Source: Octopus sinensis (taxonomy: Eukaryota). Taken from it: 64,000 nucleotides of DNA. The stretch lies in NCBI RefSeq assembly GCF_006345805.1, contig NC_043003.1, positions 48,670,001 to 48,734,000 of the forward strand, written 5' to 3'. Under the pieces are notes generated by a model. That model did not search any database and was not told where the DNA came from. It worked only from the letters and a program-made list of their open reading frames with translations. Position numbers and translations under genes: made by a program. Below, piece by piece: positions 39,636-52,439 of the stretch (position 1 is its first letter; each line of letters opens with the position of its first letter).

Positions 39636-39967
39636 TGCGTGTTTGACGTACTAGTCAGGATTTTGCGCTCACGATCGCAAGATCGTCATTTCGATTCCCG
39701 GACCGGTGGTGTTTGGTTTTATTCAGCAAAACACTATATTTCACCTTGTTCTTAGCCACTCAGCTGTAAATGGGTAACCATGCGGGGCACTGGCTTTCTG
39801 TTTAGGAGCAATGCTGGTCTGACCGCCTAACCAACGAGGCAGCATCGTTTGAAGGCGACAGCAACGTCAGGAAGCGCGTAGTAATCAGCGTTGTATAACA
39901 ACATCAGATAGTCTGGTGATATAATGATATACATATATATACCACCAAAATGTGACCTTTTTTCCTG

Positions 39968-40052
<85 letters not shown>

Positions 40053-40403
40053 CAATACCAATATTCCTCTGAACTTTTAAATAAATCTTTCTGTAAACTG
40101 TTTTTAACATTTTCCTAAGAATGTATATATATATTATAATCTTTTGTGCGCAATATTTTAATGAACTTGTTAAATTTTTTTATATTTTTCCAAGATTTTC
40201 CCTTGTAAACTGTTTTTAATATGTTCTTATTATTATCAAAGAATGTATATATGTATTGTAATATTTTGTGACAACCAGTACCTAAAACAACAAAGCTTTT
40301 ACATGTTACTTTTCACAATCTCTTTCTGAAAAAGGGGAACCGGTAAAGTGAATAAACATCTTTTGAATTTGCATTTTCAAACCTTCTTTCATATATATAT
40401 ATA

Positions 40404-40600
40404 TATTGGGTTGACAACTAAGTTCCCGCCGTTTTTTTTTTTTTAAATTTTGGAATCTATTTTTTTCGAGAATTCTATTTTTGAGTATTTTTTTTCTAGT
40501 TAATTTTAGTTAATTTTTGTTTATTTTCAGATCATTAAAATGGAAAGCTGAAACTGAACACTGTAATGCACTCAGGTTAATCATGTAACTAAGCAATTTT
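40404..40600 (+). mobile_element. Mariner 5' end remnant (left TIR and start of transposase)
   Basis: TA|TTGGGTTGACAACTAAGTTCCCGCCG resembles a mariner TIR; ATCATTAAAATGGAAAGC.. resembles a mariner start context. Confidence 0.45.
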
Positions 40601-40872
40601 GGTATAAGTGAAATATTTGACTGTAGCAATATTTTCTTGCATTTTAGCAAGAAAATTATACTATAGTCAGTTATTGCATTAAACCAACAGAATATCTCCA
40701 TGGTAAACTTAAGCTAATTTAGAAGTCATAAATTGTCTTTTTATTCTTGTGCAGTTTGAACCTTATGTAATAAAATGGCAGGAAATAATCAACGTTTAAT
40801 TATTAACATATTCTGGTTTTTAAATTAAATGTTACCAAAGGTTATCTATCTATCTATCTATCTATCTAGACA

Positions 40873-41409
40873 ATGTCAGAGACAAACATCCTGGAAATCG
40901 CGGTTCTAGGAGAGAAAGACTATGTGGGCAAATCAATCGAATTCCTGCTTCAATTGGATGAAGCAGCAAGAGAGAAGATACCCACCGCTATAGAACTGCC
41001 AGGAGGCTACAAACTCTATATAGTGGTAGAGGGCAGGCGACCACGCTGCTATTTGTGTGGAAGCGAAACACACTTGAAAAAGACGTGCCCAACCACTGCA
41101 CACCAAGAGCAACAACAACAACCACTACCACAACCAAAGCACTCCGGAAAAAAAGCTCTACTACCCACACCACCATCAACACAGAGACGACAAGAGAAGC
41201 ACACCAAGCTAATCCGTCATCAACCAAAAACCACTCGACACCTGGAAAAATACCAACACTACCATCAACAGCAAAACCAAAGGAACAGAAAAACAAAGAA
41301 CACACACAAACTGATCCCCCATCCCTTATACCGCACTCAACACACACAAACACTCAACAACCAACAACAACGAAAACAACAACACAACCACTTACACAGA
41401 CATACATAG
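40873..41409 (+). pseudogene. Tx1-like ORF1 (gag-like) C-terminal part
   Basis: VVEGRRPR-CYLCGSETHLKKTC (CX2CX4HX4C zinc knuckle) followed by a low-complexity Q/T/P-rich tail. Confidence 0.8.
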
Positions 41410-41948
41410 AAGCCCACAACATACCCCTACCCCCTTCTGATTCCTCAGAAACTTCGTCGGAAGACGAAACCAGTGAGGAATGGCAAATAGCTACAAAAAG
41501 AAGGAAAATAAAGAGCAGAAACACAACCAAACCAAATGCAAACACGAACAAAGCAGGGGGAAATACATCTCCCGAAGACATTTCAAAACCCAACGCAAAC
41601 AACAGCCACACCAACACCACAAAAACATATACAGCAAACATGCTCACAGCCATAGACACCAAAAACACAAATTTGATGGAATACATCCAATCAAAAACAA
41701 ACATAACAGAAGATGACATAAAAAAAACAACCACCCATACACACCACCACCAGACCACATCAAAATAATACACATCTCCAAAAGTCTGCACCACACACTC
41801 AAAGGCATTTTCCCCAGTGCGGTTGGTAAATGCCAAAAATATCTCACAAAGAAACTGTACTGGGATCTTCTCGAGGACAAACCAACGGAGGAGAAAGCAA
41901 AAACTTTCGAGCAGTAAGTAACCCTCTGTATTCTAATTCATTAGAACT

Positions 41949-44900
41949 ATGATCAAGATTGGTTGTGTAAATGCGCGTGGCTTGGGGTCCCCTTGGAAAC
42001 AAGGGTACCTCTTAAATGACATAAAGTCACATAAGTTAGAAATCATAGCCATAAGCGAGACCAGACTCCACAATCCGCGGGCCCTAAAGACCATGTTTGG
42101 CGGACAGTTCAACATTTATTTTTCCCCCTGTCTGCCGAGAATGGGCGGTAGTGGCACCGCGGTACTTTTTCACAAGAGTCTGGATCTCAATGTAAGGACA
42201 ATATTCGTAGACCCGGAGGGTAGACTGGTCGTCCTGGATGTCGACGGCAGCAATGGGTGCGCTTTTCGGCTCGTATCAGTTTACGCACCGCCCTTAACAG
42301 GTCGGGCGGATTTCTTTCAACGTCTAGAAGTTTTCTTGGAACGTCTCGTCCTTACTCTTAGTGGGGGATTGGAATGCTACCTTGGACACGCATGTAGACT
42401 ACGTGGGTAGAGATAGGAATAGACGGGGATGCAAATGCCTCAGAGACCTGCTCAGACGCTTTCAACTGTCTGACAGTTTCGACTAGACCACCCGAATGCG
42501 CCAACGTGGACATGGAGCAACCGCATCGGGTCGTCGAGATCGTATCTAGATAGGATACTGTGTAGGACAGTAGATAGAGATAGCATAGGATGTCCACAAT
42601 TCCACATAGTCAGCTACACGGATCACAAACTTGTGACATGTACGCTAGACTTAGGTAAGACACTTAGGCAGGGTCCCGGATACTGGAAACTAAACGCGTC
42701 TTTCCCATCGAGACAAGTTTTCAGAGACCGGATTAGCACACTAGTAAAGAGGGCTTTGACGGGAGCCATCATCAACAACAAATGGTGGTTTGCCCTCAAG
42801 AGAGCAGTAAAAGCAGAAGCGATTAGGTACAGCAAAGCACTAGCCATAGATAGAAATAGAGTAGAGGGTGAGCTAGTTAAGAAGCTAGAAGAGGCAATTA
42901 GAAGCGGCATCGCATCCGACGTTTTGGCGGCGAGGTTGGCCCTCGACCAACACTTCAACGCCAAACACGAAGGATGTGCTGTCAGAGCTAGGATGCGTGC
43001 TCTAAGGAACGAAGGTGTTGGAGCCGCGAGAGAGGCCCGGGTGGCAGAGGCGCAACAGGGCAACAAAGCCACCATTCGGTCACTGGTAGATGAACAGGGG
43101 CGCGAATTGCTCGAGCCAAGTAAAATGTGTGAGGCCTTTCAGCAGCATTTTGCCCGACTGTTCGGAACGAGTGGAGGGCAAGAACGTAGGGTGGACTTCA
43201 GTGCCTACCTACATAGCCTACCACGACTCTCGACAAGAAAGGCAGGGTGCTGCGAAGGTGCCATCACGGCGGCGGAAGTGCGGGAAGCGATGGCAGAATG
43301 CTCGAGGGACAAATCACCGGGTTTGGATGGTCTACCCTACGAGCTTTACAATGTATGCCAGACTTGTTTGGAGATCTCTTGGCGGCGGTGTACTGCAACT
43401 GGCAGCAAAACGGGAGCATTCCTGGTTTTGTGAGCCGAGGAGCCGTAACACTGCTGAAGAAAGATCTAAACAGGGAAATGTAATAGATAACTTTAGGCCC
43501 ATCACTCTGCTTAATGCAGACTTGAAAATTTTGGCCAAGGTGCTAGCCAAGAGTTTGGCGCTTGTCATCGAGAAACTGGTCGACAAGGCGCAAACATGCG
43601 CCGTGCCAGGCCGGACCATCCATGACAACCTCCATCTGATGCGCTACATCATAGACAGGGTAGTTAACGAACCTGGCATGGGTGGGGCCCTGATCAACTT
43701 GGATCAATCAAAAGCCTTTGATAGGGTAGACCATCGATACTTGGAGGCAGTCCTGAGAGCGGCTGGTTTCGGTCCCGTCTTCCGCGGCTGGATAGCTGCC
43801 TTGTACAGAGGCATCCGTCGGTAATTCGCGTAAATGGACATCTATCGAGACCTTTCGACATTGCACGTTCGGTCCGTCAGGGATGCCCCCTCTCGGCGCT
43901 TCTATACGTATTGACTCTTGAGCCACTACTGCGGAAGCTGGCGACTCTAAGGGGCATCCCGCGAGAATTGGGATGCGGGACGAGCGTGTCTGCATACGCG
44001 GACGACGTCACCGTCATAGTGTCTAGCCACGAGCACATCGAGCTGGTCGGCGAGACACTGAAAAACTACGAAGCGGTGACAGGAGCGAAAATCAACCGGG
44101 AAAAGTCAGTGGGCTTGCGACTAGGCACCTGGAGAAGCAAGCCCATGCCGTCCACCAGCGCCTCCGTCGTGGGACGCTGGACCGACGGCCCGGTTGAGTT
44201 GCTCGGGGTCTGGTTTGGTCCGGACCTCCAAGTGGAGAAGAACTGGAACGAGATAACGAGTAGGGTGGTCACTCTCGCCCGGCAATGGGCCGAGAGGAAA
44301 CTGTCCCTAAAAGGTCGAGCGGAGGTGGCGAACACGTACATCGCGTCCGTCATCTACTACCGCCTGACCGTCGTACCTTGTCCCGACCCTACCATCACCA
44401 AACTACAACGCATCCTCTTACGCTTCTTGTGGAAAGGATGCGTCCCGATGGTCAGGAATCCATTTGCTGTCAACACCCGTTAAAAGGAGGGCTGGGCATG
44501 CCGTGGTTGATGATGCGCAGACACGCGCTGAGACTGCGACATCTCTGGCTCTATGTAGACGACGGTGAACAGGTGTGGTCGCCGTTTGTGAGGCACGCTT
44601 TCCCGCAGCTCGTCTCCATGACCGAACTGCAGTCGTGGATCAAAAAGAGGCCGAGGAAGGGCGAATGGCACCGCGAGTGTCGCGTTGCTCTCAAGCAACT
44701 CTGCCGTCCTGGGTCGACCTTAAGTGACTTCAACACAACCAAAGCATTCTATAGGGGTTTAGTGGAGGGGAGGTACGACGACGAGCTCGGGGCGAACCTG
44801 GACGTCGACGAGGAGTACCTGACCCGCCTGTTCGGGACGACTTTCGGGCCAGGGCCCATGGACAACTTCCAGAGATCACTGGCCTGGCAGTGCTACCGAG

Positions 44901-45379
44901 AAGCGCTACCCGTTCGGGATAAGCTCTACAGACACGGCTCGAGAAACACGGGGCCGACCTGCCCGAGATGCGGTCAGAGCGACGAAACCGTTCTGCACGC
45001 ACTCGTTCAGTGTCCAACAATTTCCGACCTGTGGGCTTATGTCGAACAACTGCTGTCACGTGTGGGACGAGTCGGTTTATCAGCTGAGTCTATCGTCAAT
45101 ATTGTCACGCCTCCTTCCTTCAAACGGGAAGGAAGAGCTATTTTCATCATCCTTGTGGCTATGGCGAAAGAATGTATCTGGTGGACGCGTCTGAAAGGAT
45201 TGGAGACAAACACTTTCCTCTCTGGTCAATCTCTCATCAACTTCTTCAAGTACCACTTGAAAAGGAAAGTGAGAGTAGAGAGGCAAGTTTTGTCTAGCGA
45301 ATGTTTTAAAAAAAGATGGGTGAATGTAGCAAGAATGGCACGTATGAATGACGAAGCCACCTTGAGCATAGTCCTATGA
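41949..45379 (+). pseudogene. Tx1/L1 ORF2: AP endonuclease + reverse transcriptase + C-terminal zinc finger, about 5 frameshifts
   Basis: IGCVNARGL..ETRL; YTDHKLV; GPGYWKLN; KSPGLDGLPYELY; NFRPITLLNADLKILAKVLA; LDQSKAFDRVDH; RQGCPLS; AYADDV; CPRCGQSDETVLHALVQC; pieces lie in successive frames. Confidence 0.92.
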
Positions 45380-45781
45380 ACCCAGAAATCGAAAACAGAG
45401 AGTTGCTTATTTGCAAAAAAAAAAAAAAAAAAAAAAAATTATATAAAATGTGACTTCATTGACCGAGGTTACCGTGGTCTTTTCCGCAGGCTTTTCTTTC
45501 CACGGGTAAACCTCACCTGTCCTCCCCTTTACACTTCATATTGACATTTCTGTGATAACGATCCCTATTGATCATTTTTTTTTCCTCTCCCCCCCCCCTT
45601 TTTTTTTTTTTTTAACCCCCCTTATTTTTGTCCTCTTTCTCTCCTTTTACGATCCCTTTTGATCGAACCTCCCCCTTCCTTTTTTTTTTTTTTTTTTTTT
45701 TTTTTAATACCTTCAAAAGAAAAGCTCTACCTTGTAATTTGTTCTATCTGTGTGCAGCCCTGTGTGGCTAATAAAGAAACA

Positions 45782-45898
<117 letters not shown>

Positions 45899-45899
45899 C

Positions 45900-45941
<42 letters not shown>

Positions 45942-45988
45942 CTTATCTTCTTTTCTCTCTTATTATCTCTTCCAGGATTTTCCTCTAA

Positions 45989-46021
45989 TATATGACGAAG
46001 GAACCTGTCCGAAACGTCATA
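45989..46021 (+). ncRNA. Degenerate minimal hammerhead-like motif (C3A)
   Basis: UAU-AUGACGA-A-GGA/ACCUG/UCC-GAAA-C-GUC^AUA; canonical GUC site, ACGU palindrome. Confidence 0.5.
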
Positions 46022-47023
46022 CTTTTACGCTATACATTTTTCTTTCCTTGAGTATCATCCTAACTGTGAACAATTAAGTGTGAACGTCCCTTAGTCTTTT
46101 ATTGCAATTTTTGGTTTTATGTATTATATTTGCTTTATATATCTATATCTATTTATTTGTCTACCCATCTATCACTCTATATCTCTGTCAGTCTTCCTCC
46201 CTCTGTCTGTCTCTCTCTATATATTATATATATATATATATACGCATACACACACACACATAAACACGCGCACACGCACGCACACACATACGTACATACA
46301 TACACATAAACACACATATATACGTATATGCACACACACACAAGCATATACGTAACTGTCGAACAATGAAAATGAGTTCTCAACATCACATTGCTGGGTA
46401 AAGATTCTTTATTTGTGTGTTAAGGCTGCTATTGGTTTCACGATAAAAAATATCTCAACAATTATTCAAGCCGATCACAAAGAAAAATTAATGTATATCT
46501 CCATTTGGGATTAAAATATATATATTTATATATCTATATCTACGCACTCACATACACACACACATACACACACACACACTTACACATACACACACACACA
46601 CACTCACATACATACATACATACATACACACACAATGGGCTCTACCGTCGCAGACGACGTATGAGCGTTCAGCTGTTGCCGAACGACCTTCGCAAATGCT
46701 TTGTTTATGGTGATCAAACGTTCACGCAGCACATTAGCTCACTCTCTCCATCAAATCGACCTTGACTGAGCAGGTGCACTGCGTACCACGCGACAGGTGT
46801 CAAAGTGATCGCAGAGCAATGTGGAATGAAGTGTTTTGCTCAAGGACACAACGCATCACCCGTTGGCGCCACCAAAAGTGAATAATAATATCGTTAAAGG
46901 CGTGAAATTGTAAAGGTCTTTTGGACGATAACTGATGAGAAATTAGCAACGTCCCGTTCTGTGTGTAAAATTTTTCATTTGCTCCTTTGTTGCGTTCCTT
47001 TCCATATTTTCGGACTTATATGT

Positions 47024-47054
<31 letters not shown>

Positions 47055-47084
47055 ATATATTATATATATATATATATATAATAT

Positions 47085-47115
<31 letters not shown>

Positions 47116-47124
47116 GTAGCCCCG

Positions 47125-47410
47125 GCCGACCAATGCCTTGTGAGTGGATTTGGTAGACGGAAACTGAAAGAAGCCTGTCGTATATATGTATATATATATG
47201 TATGTGTGTGTGTTTGTCCCCCTAGCATTGCTTGACAACCGATGCTGGTGTGTTTACGTCCCCGTCACTTAGCAGTTCGGCAAAAGAGACCGATAGAATA
47301 AGTACTGGGCTTACAAAGAATAAGTCCCGGGGTCGATTTGCTCGACTAAAGGCGGTGCTCCAGCATGGCCGCAGTCAAATGACTGAAACAAGTAAAAGAG
47401 TAAAAGAGAG
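47125..47410 (+). mobile_element. Long SINE-like family with internal (TA)/(TG) microsatellite
   Basis: CCTTGTGAGTGGATTTGGTAGACGGAAACTGAAAGAAGC..CTTGACAACCG..GGTGCTCCAGCATGGCCGCAGTCAAATGACTGAAAC; related pieces at about 3640-3880, 4800-5030, 19260-19520, 36690-36900, 38480-38990, 56120-56350, 60830-60920. Confidence 0.8.
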
Positions 47411-47422
47411 TAAAAAAGAGAG

Positions 47423-47458
<36 letters not shown>

Positions 47459-47640
47459 ATATATTATATATATATATATAATATTTGAGTAGAAAAATGA
47501 AATATCTTTTTATGGATAATTCGTTTAACCGATACCTGGGTAGCAAATTCACATCAGAAATAACACGGTTGAAGTTACGTGCCTAGGGCAGAGACTGCGT
47601 GTTTTCGTGTGAAAATTTGTGTGTATTTTTATAAAATTTC

Positions 47641-47731
47641 TGAATAAATGAAAGAATGGAGTTGAACGACAAATTAACAAATAAAGGAAATTTGTTAATT
47701 TGTCGTTCAACTCCATTCTTTCATTTATTCA
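47641..47731. repeat. 42-bp perfect hairpin with 7-nt loop
   Basis: Arms 47641-47682 and 47690-47731 are exact reverse complements; imperfect extension of about 13 bp on each side. Confidence 0.9.
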
Positions 47732-47738
47732 TAAATTT

Positions 47739-47798
<60 letters not shown>

Positions 47799-48689
47799 TA
47801 CATGCATAAACACACACACACATATATATACACATATACATATATGTGTGTGTGTTTGTGTTGTACGTGTGCATGTATGTGTGTATGTGTATGTATGTCT
47901 GTGTGGCGGGGGGGGGGCATACGTCTATGACTATAGGCAGCGAAATGGCAGTCAGATAGAATGCTTTGTTGTATTTACTCCATTTCTCTGCGATGTGAGT
48001 TCCAACCCCGCTGAGGTTACCGTTGCCTTTCATTCCTCCGGTGTTTATAAGAAAAAATATTAATGAATAGTGTACCCAAATTAGAAGCAATCAGAGGTTT
48101 ATATACATATACATACATACGTACATATATATATATATATATATAACCCATGGTTATAAAATCATTAGAGCATCGGGAGAATGCTTTGCGCTATTTGATC
48201 CGATATTTTTGATTGGTAAGTTCAAATCCTGACAAAGTCAGCTTTTTCTTTCATTCACCTAGGGCTGCTAAAATAAGTACCAGTCAAATACTGGGGCCAC
48301 TGGTTTCGATTAATCCTCTCTCTCCATAATTGTAGGCCTTATGCCTAAATTAGAAAGCATTAAGCCGCATGCCTACTAAGCGTCGGAAAAATACTTTACG
48401 ATATTTCTTCAAGTGATTTATATTTTGGGCTCAATTCCCCTGGAAGCCAATTTTGGCTTTCATACTTTTGGGGTTGATAAAATTAAGTAACGGTCAAGTA
48501 CTGGAGTCGATGGTATCGGCTTAATCTCAATATCACATAATACATTCTGAGCAAATAAAACAACAAAAAGCAGAATGTTGATTGAATTACTACGCAAAAA
48601 TTTTAATAATATACAACAAACTATAAAAAACCCCCAGAGATTTTAAATTAACCGAGTCGAAATCTTGTCAACAATTGTATGCATGCACG

Positions 48690-48927
48690 TATGGCTACAA
48701 GTGTGAATACGATAGTGTGTTATGTCCACCGCCAGTTGTTTCCAGTCGTGGTCCACTGGAATACTTCCCGCCTCATGTACGCCCGAAGCAGGGTCGATGG
48801 ACTGGCACCTGTCACAGCTGCTAACCACTTTCTGCACGCTCCGTCTTATTACATCGGAGTCAACTTTTCTGGCTAGGAACAATGTCCTGTCCACACCCGT
48901 GTGATGCATGGTATGCAATCTCCGCAA
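48690..48927 (-). pseudogene. Gypsy-type LTR retrotransposon integrase fragment (HHCC zinc finger and start of core)
   Basis: LHTMHHTGVDRTLFLARK..VQKVVSSCDRCQSIDP..WKQLAVDITHY. Confidence 0.8.
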
Positions 48928-49085
48928 TACGATAAATTATCTTTTGTTAGTGTCTACACCAATAAGAATGCTCTCGATATAAAGCATTTCCACGAAAGAT
49001 TGAGGGCTTGCAATATTTTCTGCACAGAACTGAGGAGCTAGCCTTCCACAATTAATTACAGAGGCTCATGTGGAAGAAAAAAAAA

Positions 49086-49164
<79 letters not shown>

Positions 49165-49443
49165 GCTAAACATGTACAAGGTTTCTTCGCCCTAGTCAAG
49201 CACAAGAATTAGAAACAGTCTCGCCGATAGTTCAAGTGAGCCATTGTATATTACGAACCAGTTTTAAAACATAAGACGAGGCGAAAGCGCAAGCTTGAAT
49301 AGTACGAGATACACTTGCCCATAAGCTAGTCCCACAGGGAGAACATAAGGATCGCCATCAGAAACATCGGGGACGATGGCGATACCTGGATAGTAGTCAC
49401 TTTCGTCGCGTAATATATGCAAGTTGCAAGTGCTTATGTAATA

Positions 49444-49829
49444 CTAGCAGTATCGCCCGGCGTTGCTCGGATTTGTAAGGGAAATAACTATAAAGCATTT
49501 TTAGAGAGTTATAGCCAAAAAATAGCAAAAAAATGGGAAAAAAAATTATGGTAAATTTTTTTTTGATAGTTAAAAAGGTCGAGTTGCGTCCCCTAGACCA
49601 TTTGTGGTTTGTGTTTCTGATTGTCGACCCCATGTCGAATTTATCGATCTTTTTCAGAACTGGGGGAACTTTTCAAAATTTTCGCTGCGTTAGTTTTGAA
49701 TTATGACATTGGGCTATGTGTGTGTCAAGTTTCATCAGAATCGGTTGAAAGCCGTGGTCAGAGTGAGGGTACAACCAAACAGACACACAGAAACACACAC
49801 AGACAAACTGCCGTTTATATAGAGAGAGA
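49444..49829 (-). mobile_element. Chimeric non-autonomous Helitron
   Basis: 5' A|TCTCTCTATATAAACGGCAG matches the 56494 element; 3' part (TCCGAGCAACGCCGGGCGATACTGCTAG|T) matches the 20430/34508/37790 family. Confidence 0.85.
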
Positions 49830-50224
49830 TTTAGCAATATGTGGTTGGGTGATATCACCACAGACATACACGTCTACGTGATCATCTCCCATAGTGTGTG
49901 TGTGTAAAACTACATCATCCTATGTGTCCTTCCTTTATACGAGACGATAAGGTGTTTTGTTGTTACGGAAGTTCCTTTGTTGATTCGATATTGTTATTGA
50001 TGTCGTTGTAGTGGTTGTTGTCCCCTCCTTCTTCGTTTCCCTTTCAATCCTCCTACTTAATTTCTTAGTTATCACCTTCACCCATTTTTTTTTATTTCCG
50101 GTCTTCTTTCCGCCAACCTCCCTAACATCTCTCCGAGTCGTTTCACACAACGGACGAAACCACTTGACGAGCATATGGATTTAATCATTTGGAATATATT
50201 TTCCAACGTCATCATCATCACCAC

Positions 50225-50273
<49 letters not shown>

Positions 50274-50301
50274 GTCATCATCATCATCATCATCGTCATC
50301 A

Positions 50302-50363
<62 letters not shown>

Positions 50364-51931
50364 GTTATTATTATTATCATTATTATTATTTTCTCGGTAT
50401 CTTTTTTTTATTTTAGTGTCTTTTTAAGGTTTGTCAATGGTAAAAATATCTTAAGTTATTTTTTTTCTCCCCGTTGTTGACAGGAAAAAAATATTCGAAA
50501 AAAATCACACGAAAATACGCGTGATGTCCCAAACTTTTAACAAAATACTGATTTCATTATTGAGTTATGTACAAGATTGTTTTTTCCGAGAGGGACTACA
50601 GTTTACACACACACACATTATCATTATTATTATTATTATTATCATTATTATTATTATTATTAAGGCGGCGAGCTGGCAAAATCGTTAGCGCGCTGGGCAA
50701 AATGCTTAGCGGCATTTCGTCTGTCCTTACGTTCTGAGTTCAAACTCCACCGAGGTCGACTTTGCCTTTCATCTTTTCAGGGCTGATAAATTAAGTACCA
50801 GTCAAGTGCTGGGGTCGATGTAATCGACTACCCTCTTTCCCACGAATTCCAGGCCTTGTACCTATAGTAGAAAAGGTTATTATTATTATGAAAGCGACGA
50901 GCAGGCAGAATCATTAGCACGCCGGGTAAAGTGTCTAGCGGCATTCTGTTCGTCTTTATGTTCTAGATTCAATTGCCGCCGTGGTTACCTTTGCTTTTCA
51001 TCCTTTCGAGATCGATAAAATAAGCATCAGTTTAAAACTGGGGTCGATGTAATCGACTTATTCCTCCCCCAAAATTGCTGGTCTTGTACCAGCAATTCCG
51101 CTTGAAAGATTGCTATTAGTAGCCAGTGTTCTTCTCGTAGATGCTTCAGGGGTTCCACTTCAGCCGTGATAGGCTCACTCGAGTTGATATTTTCTAGAAT
51201 AAGGTTTGGTGAGTTCATACTGGTACTATCATATAATTTCTTATTATTCATAGCACTAATATAGTTAGCTAAGTTCGGATCGGTGGAATATGATAATATG
51301 ATGGCGTACTTATTGATGGTTTTATAGTACTAAAGTGTATAGGGAAAAATTTCTCTCTAGTACCCAAAAGAAAATACTTGAGTATCCGAAGCTACGCGTA
51401 GTTCGAACAGTGGTCAAATCATACTATAGTTCTCTTACATAACCAATTTCTTCTTGCTCTAAATTTAGAAGATATATCTGATCAACTGTCGGATTTATCT
51501 GGAGTAGAGATACTATTACGTATGGATAGGTAAGTGATGGTAGGTTTATTATCACTACTCTTCAGTCCATAACGGTTAACATTTATGCTATTAACATTCT
51601 TACAAGTATAATCATTACGGTTTGGGTAAGAGTTAGGACCAGAATTTTAAAAGGTTTTAGAATGTTAATATATCTAAAAGTACAATTTTCTTTTTTTCTT
51701 TTTTCTAACTGCAATGGTAGAAAAGCCGTTATTATTTAAGCTATGCCAAGTTCTTATAAGAAACTGCTCCTTAATGTTTTTTTTTACGTGAGAATGATGA
51801 ATACCAGCATTCATAGTTTTTATTACTGCAGTTGCCACACTATAGATGTTATAATAGGTTCCTTTAATCATTTTATTCCTAGAACTGTTTCTAGTAGAGC
51901 GGCGTGAAGTTCTGATGTGATATCTAAGAAA

Positions 51932-52213
51932 TTAGCTATCCTATTGTTTCCATTTATTCTAACAAACGATCCTAAGTTCCTAAAAAAGGCATCTTAATCT
52001 TTAGCTATCCTATTGTTTCCATTTATTCTAACAAACGATCCTAAGTTCCTAAAAAAGGCATCTTAATCTTTAGCTATCCTATTGTTTCCATTTATTCTAA
52101 CAAACGATCCTAAGTTCCTAAAAAAGGCATCTTAATCTTTAGCTATCCTATTGTTTCCATTTATTCTAACAAACGATCCTAAGTTCCTAAAAAAGGCATC
52201 TTAATCTTTAGCT
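51932..52213. repeat. 69-bp minisatellite, 4 identical copies
   Basis: Unit TTAGCTATCCTATTGTTTCC..GGCATCTTAATCT starts at 51932, 52001, 52070 and 52139. Confidence 0.95.
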
Positions 52214-52439
52214 TGTCTATTCAAATGCTATATTATTGAATCGGTAAAAAATAAATAGAGCATCATCTCTATATAGGCCGCCCCTATATCAAGCCAAAAT
52301 CTTTCGTAGTATTATGAAATATATATTTAAAGCGGCGAGCTGGCTGAATTATTACCACGCTGGAGGAAATGCTTAGCGGTATTTTGCACGTCGTTGCGTT
52401 CTGAGTTCAACCAGAACACTTCAACGAGAACACTTATAG

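Larger units (their letters stand above)
40869..45780 (+). mobile_element. L1/Tx1-clade non-LTR retrotransposon, 5'-truncated in ORF1
   Basis: ORF1 remnant with CCHC knuckle, ORF2 APE-RT-zinc finger, A24 at 45415-45438, pyrimidine-rich tail ending AATAAAGAAAC; (TATC)n on both sides. The 3' boundary (45438 vs 45780) is inferred. Confidence 0.9.

Noticed and set aside
41055-41768. 237-aa T/P/N-rich ORF overlapping Tx1 ORF1
   Set aside because: Most simply the frameshifted continuation of ORF1's low-complexity tail, not a separate gene.
46922-46960. CTGATGA motif at about 46932; similar partial motifs at about 60929-60958, 7435-7495(-) and 52720-52790(-)
   Set aside because: Each lacks GAAA or has several core changes; possibly decayed ribozymes but not supportable individually.
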